A stretch of 64,000 nt of DNA from Dipteris shenzhenensis. Lineage: Eukaryota. Of this stretch, positions 40,090-51,705 are shown piece after piece. Position numbers and translations under genes: made by a program. The stretch lies in the NCBI GenBank assembly GCA_047967505.1, contig CM106538.1. The stretch is one strand, 5' to 3'. Under the pieces are notes generated by a model that was not told where the DNA came from, did no database searches, and worked only from the letters and a program-made list of their open reading frames with translations. Every line of letters starts with the position of its first letter. Position 1 is the stretch's first letter.

Positions 40090-40302
40090 GAAGCCTAGTG
40101 TTAGATGGTGAAGTCCACGATTAGGTTATACCTAGATCATTTTTTGTGTTTTGATTTTCTATAGTTTGTTACATGATTTGGGCTTGAGTTGAGAGGTTAT
40201 ACCTAGGTAATTTCTTAGACTGCTTGCATTGTTAGTTGTTATGACTTAATGAGTTTCTTATTGCACCTGGCACTAAATTCTTTTTTTAATTCTGTGTTGT
40301 AG

Positions 40303-42180
40303 CTTATTGCATATGAGGTGGCTCACACAGGTGAGAAGAGGAAGTGTCAGCAACCTGATCTCACTAAGTTTCAGAGGAAGGTGCTGAAAAACGAGAATGT
40401 ACACTTCTTAATGAACGTCGATCAGGACATCATTGAGACAGCTTTCCAAAATGGAGAAAGCGGTGTACAAAATTTGGTGAGGACAATAGCAAAGCGTGGA
40501 GGGAGGACCTTGCATGATCGATTTCCAAATGTTTTCACAGTAGAGTCTATAGACTAGTATTTGTACCACTTAGCGATGGAGGGTCGACGATGCCTCGATC
40601 AAATAGGTCAAGACATAAACTCATGTGACAAAAAGTGGGAGGGTCCTGCTATAGATGCCAGTGTCACATATATCAAGAATGCGTGGCGAGGTTACAAAGG
40701 CAAAGGAGCTACCTTGACCTCCCTTCCATCAATGCACCCACACCCCCAAGCACAGCCACAACCACAAGCATCAATGCACCCACGTCCCCAGTCAGATGCT
40801 ACATTACATCCACCACAACCACAAGCACTAATGCACCCACGTCCCCAGTCATATGTCGCATTCCACCCAATGCAGCCGCAAGCACCACTGCAGCCACGCC
40901 ACACATATGCACCAGTGCATCAACCACAACATGTCTTTCCCCGTATCCCTTTTTTCCAAGATCTTTCATACCCAGAAGAAGTTCCTCCTCCTTTTTCAGA
41001 TCTCCCACCCCATGCACGATCACATTTCACCACATCTTTTGTGCCTCCTACCGCACGTATAGACCAGTTTCCATCTCCCGCATTTTCGCCTGCACCACAA
41101 ATGCACAATCTATTTGCACAAGTAGATGCATTCCCATCTCCTTCATTCTCACCTGCACAAGCACGACACACATCACATGGCTTGCGTGATCATGTAGCAA
41201 TGCCAAGACCCATGCGGCCCATACTGCTTCAGCGTGATGATGAGACATGCGATTCACGCCTAGTGCAGCTATGGGCATAGGCACAAAAGGAACAATCAAC
41301 ATGTGCAATATTCTTGTCGCTCCCTTTGATCCGCACAAGATTTATGCGTGTAAGGTGCTGAGGGTTTCTGTGCCCATTGATGCATTGAAGGCCAGAGCAT
41401 TGGAAGAAGCCACATGCTTGGGCGATGTCATACATCTGGGCATCAACCGAGCAATAGGTCTAGTCCATGAAATGATAACCCAATGATACTATTTCTATTT
41501 TGGAATGGAAATCATTTGGAAAGATGTCTAACCTACCTCGGACATGATGAAAAGAGACCATCTCCGGTGTTTCACAGAGATGATGCAGAAATGCCTGCTA
41601 GAGCTCCACAAGTTCGTCAGCATGTATTTGATATTTTAAGTGCACTAGTTCACACTATTCACTTACGTGCACCAACACAATGTCCTCCATAATGATTTGC
41701 ATGCGCAAAACATTCTGCTACACTTCTTGGAGTCATCCGAGGAGGTGTATCTGGGCATTTGTGATTGGGGAATGATGACCCCATGCAGCACTAGAAAGCA
41801 CTATCCCGCATTACTCAGTGAGACAGCCCCAACACTATGTGGAGCTCCATTGCTAGGTTTTTTCACATTGCTCTAGAGTGCCTTTGCACCAATCCCCCAC
41901 CTTTTGATGTTGCACGAGATGTGTATGCCATGTCTCATCACATCCTAAAAATCTTGGACATTTGTGCACCATCGCCAAGTATGGGACCCGCAGAAGCTCT
42001 AATCGGGCATCTACGACGATTTGCGGTTTAGGGAAAGTCAGCCAAACCGAATAGACATCCAAGTACTGCAGATTTTTGTGGGGTTTTTGACATTGCTCCA
42101 AGATGTGGTATGCAGCTCAGTCCAAACCAAGGACTTAGACCAGCCAATGACTGAGCCTTTCTTGGACAGGATGTAACATG
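40303..42180 (+). pseudogene. Protein kinase-like gene with N-terminal domain and Pro/Gln/His-rich linker; frameshifted
   Basis: Subdomains in order across frames: GIGTKG (GxGxxG), YACK, EEA, HLGINRAIGL, FWNG, HNDLHAQNILL, ICDWG, IALE (APE-like), DVYAM. Confidence 0.82.
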
Positions 42181-42270
42181 AGTGACTGATCATGGAACTT
42201 GTAACATTTTTAGTTTTATATGTCATCCAAGTTTGGATCCACTCCATTGTTCAAGTTTGTATATTTATAG

Positions 42271-42525
42271 TGATAAATGATGCGATAAGTAATATTTAAA
42301 TATTGTTTGTATAAGTAAATGATGCGATAAAAATGATGATCCAATTGTCAAATATGATAAATGATGCAATAATTAATGTTTAAATATTATTTGTATAAGT
42401 GAATGTTGCAATAAAAATGATGGTCCAATTTTAAAATATGATAAATCATGCGACAATAAATATTGTTTGTATAGGTTTAATATTGTTTAATTGTTTAATA
42501 TTGTTTAAATATTTAATATTATTTG
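42271..42525. repeat. AT-rich ~85-bp tandem repeat, about 3 copies
   Basis: GATAAATGATGC...AAATATTGTTTGTATAAGT recurs. Confidence 0.7.
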
Positions 42526-42568
42526 TGGTTACAAATTCTATCTTGTCTTGTCATTTTTTAGGCTAAGT

Positions 42569-43420
42569 ATGAGCATGGAGGGAGAGAACTTAGAGAACAT
42601 TGTCCCACAGGATTCTTCCCAACTAGAGAAACCTCCAGTCCAAGAGGGCCCACAAGGTGCTTTTGTGCCTCAAGAGGCTGATTTAGCAAACTAGCTAAAT
42701 CATGTTGAAGCTCAGGCTATCTTACAAGCGCAAAGAGAGATGCTGGGTAGAAAGGGGGTAGGTATTTTCGCTATTGGTCTAGTGGATGACGATACCATGC
42801 AAGGCGACTCGGTCTCTCTTCGACAAGTACAAAGACTATGTCCATCAGAGTTCATAAGAAACACCTTGTTTCTTTGTTCAGGAAGTGTTAGGAATAAATA
42901 TGCATAGACCAAGTTGTCATACTTGCGGCACAAAACCCTAGCCCACATCCTTCTCCAATGATTCATAGAGGTGGAAGGAAGCATCCCCAACCACCAGCAA
43001 ATACCCATTTATTTCATTCAACAGGTGTATGTCTACAATGTCTTGCATCGACATGTGGATTGGAATGACAAGCATCACTTGTCAGGAATAGGAAAGGGAC
43101 GTTCTGTGGAGCACAAGGAAGCAAGGACAGAGAACAGAAAGCCCGCGTCTCAGAGACCTCGTGTGCTAACTCCCCAGGCACACAGTGATCTTGTTAACTT
43201 GGCCACATTTGCCATACCTCTCCGTTAACAAGGTGTTACTGCTGAGGAGTTACAAGATCGCATTGCATCACAAGCCAAAGAGATCGAGGACCTGCAAGCA
43301 TGAATGCATACAGATGTTGGAGTCTAAGCTTGCATGCTATAGACAATCCTTTGGAGATTTGGATGCAGCTGCGGATACTGATATTTTTTATTTTGAGGAC
43401 CTCACTAATATAGATGCGTA
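42569..43420 (+). pseudogene. Decayed ORF of unknown function with C-terminal coiled coil
   Basis: Preceded by an acceptor-like TTTTTTAG. One frame with scattered stops includes EGSIPNHQQIPIYFIQQVYVYNVLHRHVDW and EELQDRIASQAKEIEDL. Confidence 0.5.
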
Positions 43421-43540
43421 GGGTGCAGGACCAAGCACTTAGGGAATGGTAGATGTGGATCCTATTGCATAATTATGTACATTGTAAACTTCATATATAA
43501 CTTTATAATACTCTTCTTCTGCAATGATGGTTCGAATGAT

Positions 43541-44043
43541 ATAAGTGAGTTAAGTGATTCAAGTGGACTAAGTAATATAAGTAACTTAAGTGATTTAAGT
43601 GGACTAAGTGATTTAAGTGGACTAGGTGATTTAAGTGGACTAAGTAATATAAGTAACTTAAGTGACTTAAGTGATTTAAGTGGACTAAGTGATTTAAGTG
43701 ATCTAAGTGAATTAAGTAGTATAAGTGATTTAAGTGGACTAAGTGATTTAAGTGATCTAAGTGAATTAAGTGGTATAAGTGATTTAAGTAGACTAAGTGA
43801 TTTAAGTGGTATAAGTGATCTAAGTGGACTAGGTGATTTAAGTAACTTAAGTGATTTAAGTGGACTAAGTGATTTAAGTGATCTAAGTGAATTAAGTGGT
43901 ATAAGTGAGTTAAGTGGACTAAGTGATTTAAGTGGTATAAGTGATCTAAGTGGATTAGGTGATTTAAGTGACTTGAGTGATTTAAGTGGACTAAGTGATT
44001 AAAGTGATCTAAGTGAACTAAGTGGTATAAGTGATTTAAGTGG
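43541..44043. repeat. 9-bp tandem array (TAAGTGATT/TAAGTGGAC variants), about 55 units
   Basis: Seen directly; translates as (SDL/SGL)n. Confidence 0.95.
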
Positions 44044-44479
44044 TTTTCTATGGATCAGGTGGAGTTGTAAAGTTAATGTAGAAATATTAAAATATATTGA
44101 TGTGAATTAGTGCACATAATAGCTAGATCAAACCTTGAGACTTGAAAATATAAACTTCGATTACGCATATTTAATTATTCTTTCCAACTTTTTGATGTTG
44201 CCTTTGATGTTGCCTTGAAAGTATTTGCAAGTCACAAGGTTGTCTCTAACTATTATGTATACCAAAATCATCCACAATCTCAATAATTACAACACATCGC
44301 TTGTAGCCCACAAGGTTCTAGCTTTCAAGCACAAAGGGGAGATGAGATGGATACGAGCATATGTGCTCTTCCATCCATCCCCTCGCATACAACATTATAT
44401 CCAATATAATTAGAGCTTCATCCATCGCTTCTATCACCCATCATATTCTTCTATCACTGTATATTGCATTCAACATAGG

Positions 44480-46010
44480 TACAATATTGTCTATCTCTTC
44501 GACTTTGCTATTGTCCACTGCGTAGCTCAAGCTCATCTTCCTCTTTGCTAAATGCACCCTCAGCAACTAATTCTATAGTCAATCGTTGTCGAGCAATTCT
44601 CATTACAGTGGCTTCACTTGCTGCCCTAGCCATGTCGCAACATTAAATCCGTTCAACAATCGTAGATTTCCAAAGCAAAATACCAAATCTGTAGCTCTTG
44701 ATGGCTTTAAGCGATTGCATCTCTTAGAATGAATAAAATCATATGCACTCCAATTTCACTCACATGCACCCGATGATGCAGCAATAGAGAGCACACGAGT
44801 TGCAACATGCTGCAACTCCAATGTCTCTCCACCATATTCCTTCCACCAAGTAGGTGCAATAGTCATCTTAATAGCATCAAGATTCCAAGGATCTCCAAAA
44901 GAGCCTTCGCAATTCGTATACCTCACTCGTTGCTAGTAGGCCAGTTTTCATTGATCTCCAGGAAGTAAGTTTTTACAAACCTCCCGGAAGTAAGTTTTTA
45001 CAAACCTCTCGAAAGTTACTTATGACTTTAGGATTCTATGATTGAGCATGCATTTGATATTGTGGATGTACTACAAATGTAGCTCCATGCAAAGCAGTGT
45101 GCATTTGCTTCCATCTCTTATCAGCCAAATATAATACTTGTTGCTTCTCCCTAGGGGCAAAGCGCACAAATTCTTTAACTTGTCGTATTGCTTCTGACAT
45201 CTTCCAATATACTTTACCCATAACAAAGGCATCGGCATCAACCATCCTCAGTACTATTACAAATGGCTCTACACGTTCTTTTATTCTTTCCACATTTTCC
45301 CAAAATAGAGATGATTGTACAAGATGCACACATTTAGAGCCTCGTATTGTGTACTACGTCTTTTTCTCTAGTCAATTTGCCCATCGTCTATCAGCAACAG
45401 CCTTGACTAAAGCTTGATGCACTTCCAACAATCTAGCAAGAACTAGAAAAGAAGTGGCAAATCTAGTTTGACAAAATTGCCTGAGTTGCTTCACAGAGTG
45501 CTCTTTGAATATTGCATGCAAGTATTTATGACTCTTTATAAAACTCATTACGGCATTAGCATCTTGCAGTACTGATTGCACAAATGGCAATTGTCCAATA
45601 TCCTTCAATAATAAGTTGAGAGTATGAGCGCCACATGGCACCCATGTCAGAGTGGGATACTTTGCCATGACCATCTCACCTGCGGTCTTGTAATTCGATG
45701 CATTATCTATTACTAATGCAGTAAGATTCTCACTACCACCAACTTTGCGAATGGCTCTTTCGTATATTTTTACAATATATGCCAAAGTTTTTTCTTTAGA
45801 GATGTATCGATACTCTCCAAAAACATAGTTCCCTTGGGAGTAATGCACATTACATTTATCAAGGGTCTGGCCTGCTTGCTAGTCCATCGATCAAACGCAA
45901 GAGTGCACCCATATGTAGGAATAAAGTCCAATATCTTTTTTTTCAAGCAATCCACCACAGTTTGTTTGACTCTATCAAGATGATCCGTACGCATTTTACT
46001 ATAATATGCA
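44480..46010 (-). pseudogene. hAT-superfamily transposase (DUF659-type core plus C-terminal dimerisation domain); N-terminus missing
   Basis: FDRWTS, IDNASNY, WVPCGAHTLNLLLKDIG, TRFATSF, WWKEYG...LQHVATRVLSIAASSGACE*NWSAYDFIHSKRCNRL. Confidence 0.92.
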
Positions 46011-46049
46011 AGTCGGACTCTATTCCAAGTTATATCTTTGAGGGTGGTG

Positions 46050-48556
46050 GTTTGCTAGAGTCTATGGAGTGTCCTCCTATGCATGAGAATGATATGATGT
46101 CCATTTATCTTGCTTCATCATCTGGATAATCATTCTCCACTGTGGCATAGACACGTAGCCAAGAGCAAGATTATTGGTGTCTACTCACTAGAATGAAAAG
46201 GAAAAGGTCTCCTATGAACCCTAAAGAAGAGGACGTTGATGAGATATTCACTATCCCTCTACATGAGACCTTGGCATGAAACAACCATGCTACAAGAGCA
46301 CCTACTGACTACATTGAGCTCGACAATCTAGCACATGTGGCTGCCTCTTGGAGCCAGTGGAGCGAAAAGGTATGCAAGCCAGCTTTGAAGAGCTAGGCAA
46401 CATTATAAATATGGCTGATCCCATATCCTTCACTAGCAGGTATGCTTGGGCTCAAATGTCATTGCACTTACATCAACGTATCATGAATGAAACCTTTGCC
46501 CAATTAGGGGCTATTGTCTTTAATGCAACATGTCATACACAAATGCTCCTATGCCAAAAGCAACACCTGAAACTAGAAAAGGAAAAAGAAGCACGAGCTC
46601 AGGAGCGAGCTCAGGAGCGAGCTCAGGAGCAATAGTACATCGACAGTTCCAGGACAAGGAGAGAGCCTATAACACGGACATGGACATGCTGAAAGCGCAA
46701 CATGAATTGGAATTGTATTAGAGGGACTCTCAACTCCAGGAAGTTTTATGCACACATATCACAGAGCAAGGTAAGCTGGCGCAAGACCTAAATGTGTTTC
46801 AAGCCCATGATTGTCTAGCCACTTCACATTCTGCAGTAGAGCAGTGAATAGCTGAGTTGGAGTCTCAACTTGAGACTCAAGAGCAGGACCATAAGGAGAT
46901 CCAGGAGCGGCACTCTGCATTACAAGGTACACATGCCACCCTAAATGCAAAACTATGTACAAAACATATGATTATAATATAATCAACTTTTTCTTTGCCC
47001 AAAAAAATATAAATTAAAAAAATGCAGAACTACTATCCCTACAGGTAGAGCATACTACTTTACAGTCAGAGCATGACTTGTACAAATCGAAATATCACAA
47101 ATACAAAGGGAAATATGAGAATCTCTAGAATGTGATGGACACCATTCAGGAAGAAAATGGAGTCTTTGTAGCGCCATCTTAGGGCAGGGATGAAGAGTGA
47201 CATACGTTTTAGCAGGAGGATTTTGTATATAGTTAGCTTGATTGCCCCCTCATTGTGGCATCTCTTGTTAGCATGTTGGCTTCTTAACTGGTTTTGGTAT
47301 TGGTTTGGTTTGGTTCCATTTTCAGCTCAGGCAATTTGTATATAGTCGGCCTGTTTGATTCTCTAGGTCATTTTCTAGGATTTCAACAAACTTTTGTAAT
47401 CTCAGGAGACCTTTTTGTATCCCAATGGCTTCTGTAGAACAATTTTTGTTAAATGCTCAAAAGGTTTTGGCAGCTAGTTGGTTTAATAAATTTTTCGACG
47501 GGGTTTTCTCTCAAGTTGACTCTTGTAAAACTCAATGGATCTAGATTGGTGATACATATATGAGTTGGGTGACTCTATTTTGATAAGACTTTTTGTTTCA
47601 CCTATGACAATTCCTATATTGAGCATCTTCCTACACATCTCTCAACATCACCTATTCACTGAAACAGTGAATGGTAGTGGCGGGGGAACTGTTATACAAG
47701 GATCATACAAGACCAACTATGTCTTGTCACTTTGTCAACGATGACATGGTCACAAGGATGACTCAAGTCATGGAGCTGACAGGGTGACAAGAGGGCACAA
47801 GTCGAGGACATGGTCACCGAGATGGCATAGTCACATGGGGACATGGTCATCAGGAGGACATATCACCCAAGCACTGGCCATGAGTCAAGGATCTTCATGT
47901 CACGTAGTCGCGCTCTGCCAACCTTTGCAAACCTGACTCATAGGTGGCACAAATGTTTCATCCAACAGAGATATAAGGTGGTTGCAGGCGGTGCACACGC
48001 AGTAGTTACAATGCACCAAATCGACACAATCTGGGCATTGCAAAAGACATGAAGAGACTCAGCGATGGGATAGCTAGGGATGAGGGGACAACCAATAGGA
48101 GAGAGGGAGGGGATTTCCCACCCGGAAGGTGAGGGTGAAGAGGGGAGATGAGGGGGATGGGGATTCATTGAGCATTGTACGAGGATTGAGAGGGAGAAGA
48201 AGAGAGGCTAGAGCTATGAGCTCACCTGTTGCATTGTTATGGTGTATTGCTCTCATGGATGAGTGATCTCTGATCTTTGCTTCAAAGAGATTGGTGTATG
48301 AGGATCCCTTCATTCTATTTTACGCATTGCTCGTGCTATGCTCTTGTCTATTGCTTTCTCCGTTCTTTGTCATTAGTGTTATTCCTTCTTATCGCCTTTC
48401 TGGGTTTGTTCTTCCTGTTCTGATTTCAGCACCTAGTACTCCGTAGCACCTTCGACTATTGTTGTGTCATAGGTTCATGCATCACATAGTATAGTGCAAT
48501 CGATGTATAGTTTTGTCATAGGTCTACGCATCACCCACTTCACGCTTCTCACATCA
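46050..48556 (+). mobile_element. Possible LTR-element 3' region: decayed coiled-coil ORF (~46060-47200), PPT, and LTR-like segment 47690-48556
   Basis: GGCGGGGGAAC precedes TGTTATAC; the segment ends ACATCA. There is no second LTR to confirm. Confidence 0.35.
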
Positions 48557-50167
48557 GTGGCCTTCGGCCTCCAGAAGTGAGTGGACCTCCCCCTCAGATA
48601 GCTTCTTCATCTATAACTTATAGTAGCTAGTCATGAGCCTCTTAGACTTGTTGTGGGGTTTCTAGTCTTTTTGGATATGTCTTTGAATGCGGAATTATTC
48701 TTTATCTAGATATGAGTACTACTAAAGTGACAACTTAGTCTTTAGAGATTTTTGGAAGTTTCATACTGTTCTCGATCTGTTATAGCAACTTTCCTTTGGC
48801 TATATGTGTTTGTAATACTGCAAAAAAGGCTGGTCAATATGAGCAACAAGTCCTTAAGTTTTAAGTGGTCTTGAATGAACTTTCATAATATAGTGATGGT
48901 TTTTTGTGTCTTTCATTGTTAGGTATTTTCAGGTCTTCATATTGAAAGTATGATTTGGTATGCATCAACTTATGTGGTATCTTCATCTTCAAAGTGAGGA
49001 AGTACTCTTGTCATTTCAATCTTTGAATTCCTACAATTGGTATTGGAGCATATTTGTTCATGTGAGCTTGTGGAGAATTTTTGTGAAGGTCTACCGACAG
49101 CTTTTTAAAAATGAGAATGATCAACTTCAAGATGTGAGTCTATGAGGTATGAGAAATCTTTGAGCGGTGGTCTTCCTGTTGAGAGTTCACGCTCAACATC
49201 ATGTGATCATGTGTGCATAGCACCATCATGTGATCATATGTGCATAGCACTAACCTTATAGAGTGCTATAAAGGAAAGGGTTAGATCCCCTAACCCTAAC
49301 CCTAAAAGGGTTTGTATATATTCTATTTTTTCAACTAATTCTAGTGTACAGTTAGTCATTTGTGGTGTGCTCTCTAGCTGTGCCCTCTCTCCTCATCTCC
49401 ACTCTTCTCCTCTCCCCTCTTCATATTTTGTCATGGTATCAGAGCTTCCTTGTCTTCCGCTGAGACATTGAGTTTCTTGAGAGTGTGAGAGAGATTGTGA
49501 GATTGAGAGTTCTCTTGAGTGTTCTCCGTGCGAGTCCACTTCCGGTGAGAGATCTTCTTCCGTCCATTTGAGAGAATTTCTGTCATTCCTTAAGGGAATT
49601 CCGTTCATTCTTGAGAGATTTTAGTTCCTTCTCTTGAGTGTTTGTGAGAAAGAGTGAGCATTGAGATTGTGAGAGAACTAGTTCTGTGAGAGAGGTGTTT
49701 TCTTCTTTAGAGAAGTTCTTTGTAAGGTTTGCTTTGAGGTTCATTTCGAGTGAATGAGAGAGATCCATTCTCTTTGATTAACAGAAAGAGAGAGAGAGAG
49801 AGTTTTTTTGAGAGACTCTACACACCCGCCTTCATCCTTCATTCTTCAAAGCTCTCTCCAGCTTCAACATTTCACCGACCACACTGCTCCGATGGCCAAG
49901 TGCAATGACCTCCAACAAATCAACGACTCTCAATTGCGGGTTGCACACAACGCCTTCCTTTGGGCTCGTTACTTGCAGCTGCAAATGATAGCAAAGGCAT
50001 CTTGGCCAGATCCTTGCTCACAACGTAGCTCCAAAGCTACGGGCCTTGCCTACAACTCCTACAAGTGACACCCAGCAGCATCGACTCGCTCACGGGCTAC
50101 ATACCAGCCTCCAACGGTTCCAACGACCTCTGGTTGCCAGCGACGATAGCACCAGTCGTATTTTCTC

Positions 50168-50493
50168 GTTCCCATACTGGAACCTGTGCCACCTCCAAGG
50201 GAGTGACACACCTGAAATCCTTGAAGGCAATCGTAGTTCTCAGCCTCCTTGCGGACTACGTCAAGAACAGATGAGCTCAGCGCCTTCCGTGTAGTGCCCT
50301 TTGGCCCAATTGTTACCCCGGTCTGGCCGAAAATGAAGTTGTCAGGTCTGAAAATCTGACCATAGGGACCAGATCGGACACTATCCATAGTTCCTGGTTC
50401 TAGATCCATAAGAACTGCTCGAGGCACATATCTTCCACCGCTCGCTTCGTTGTACTAAACATTGACGCATTCCAGTTGCGTATCCGAGTCACC
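50168..50493 (-). pseudogene. TUB: Captured beta-tubulin fragment (about codons 38-149), antisense to the element
   Basis: [56 protein letters not shown]...[34 protein letters not shown], with a stop and small deletions. Confidence 0.95.
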
Positions 50494-51705
50494 TTGGCGT
50501 TGTAGAAAGCGAGAGCAAAGGAGTTGGCGAGCGTCGGAGACGAGGACGAACAGCAAGCTTGGCTGTGAAAAATGAGCTCCGAAACTATCCCTCCTTGCGA
50601 CACGTGGCAGATCACATTTACCTACGGTTAGATTAAAGTAACCTTGCTAGGTTGGTATAGTAAAGTTTACTTGGATTGGGTTTGGTTGGCCAAATTTGTG
50701 CCACGTGGCAACCTTATCCTACCCACGTGCCACGTCACCACATTATCTTGACACGTGGCAATCCTTATCTGACACGTCAGCAGTCCCGTGAGACTACCAC
50801 ATCATCTGCCACATCAGCACTGCCACGTCATCTACCACCTCAGCACAGAGCTTCACTGGCACACCTCTTGCTAAGCACAGTGCCACATCATCACTGCATG
50901 TGACTCACAGTGACACATCATCATTGAGCACCATTTGCACTCCTTTTGCCCCTCCACCTAGATCAAGTCATATCTCTTGATCCAGGAAGAATTTGAGGGT
51001 GCTCCAAAAAGGAAAGTCGCTCGATTTTTCGTGCTCTACGCGCTCGTTACATCACGCGCACATTTCGGCGCAAGTTACACTCACATTTGAGCCTTGCCGA
51101 CAAAACCACTTCCTTCACGCACATTTGCCTCTACATCGACGCATCTGACCCAGCACTTAAAAAGAACAAAAGAAAAGGAATTATTTGCTGCTCTTTCATC
51201 GATCGACGGTTGGTTTGGATCTAGATCAGAGTAGACTAGATCGCCATAGAGGGGACGCTTTGAATTCCCCAAGTTGCCAATCTAAGCCATGCCCGAAATT
51301 CCCGACTAGTACCTACTCGGAGTCAGTCCATACGCTCACATCTGATTTCACATCATTACATTACCTGAAACCGTACGTTCATCAGTTCAGTGAGTAGACT
51401 TCAGAGTTCAGAGGCATTGCAGATTGATTCAGTGGGCAGATAGCACTTGATTTCACACACACATGCCACCATTGTAAAGCCTATTTGGCTATCTCACGGC
51501 ATCGTGCACATCATTTTTCAGCCTTGTAAAGCCTCTTGGCTATTCCCGGCATCATTGCCACAAGCCTTGTAACACAGGTCAGATCTTATTTACTGCAGTT
51601 CTATCTTCACCGACGGTACAGAGATTTCACTTGGCATCTTCAGTGTATTTGCAGTTGATTCATACAGAGTTTTTCAGGACACTTTTTGAGTACATTGTTT
51701 GCATC

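Larger units (their letters stand above)
39100..46010. mobile_element. Putative large hAT-associated cargo element (stem-loop array, kinase, ORF2, 9-bp array, transposase)
   Basis: Abrupt junction with the copia fragment at about 39100, followed by short GAATA/ATTCG repeats like hAT subterminal motifs. Contiguous cargo converges on a hAT transposase. No second end or TSD was found, so treating this as one element is inference. Confidence 0.5.

Noticed and set aside
43475-44002. 175-aa SDL-repeat protein
   Set aside because: The open frame follows automatically from a 9-bp repeat lacking stops in one frame; there is no other evidence of coding.
50059-50427. Functional beta-tubulin gene
   Set aside because: Partial, with a stop and deletions, and embedded between the PBS and gag of a retrotransposon.
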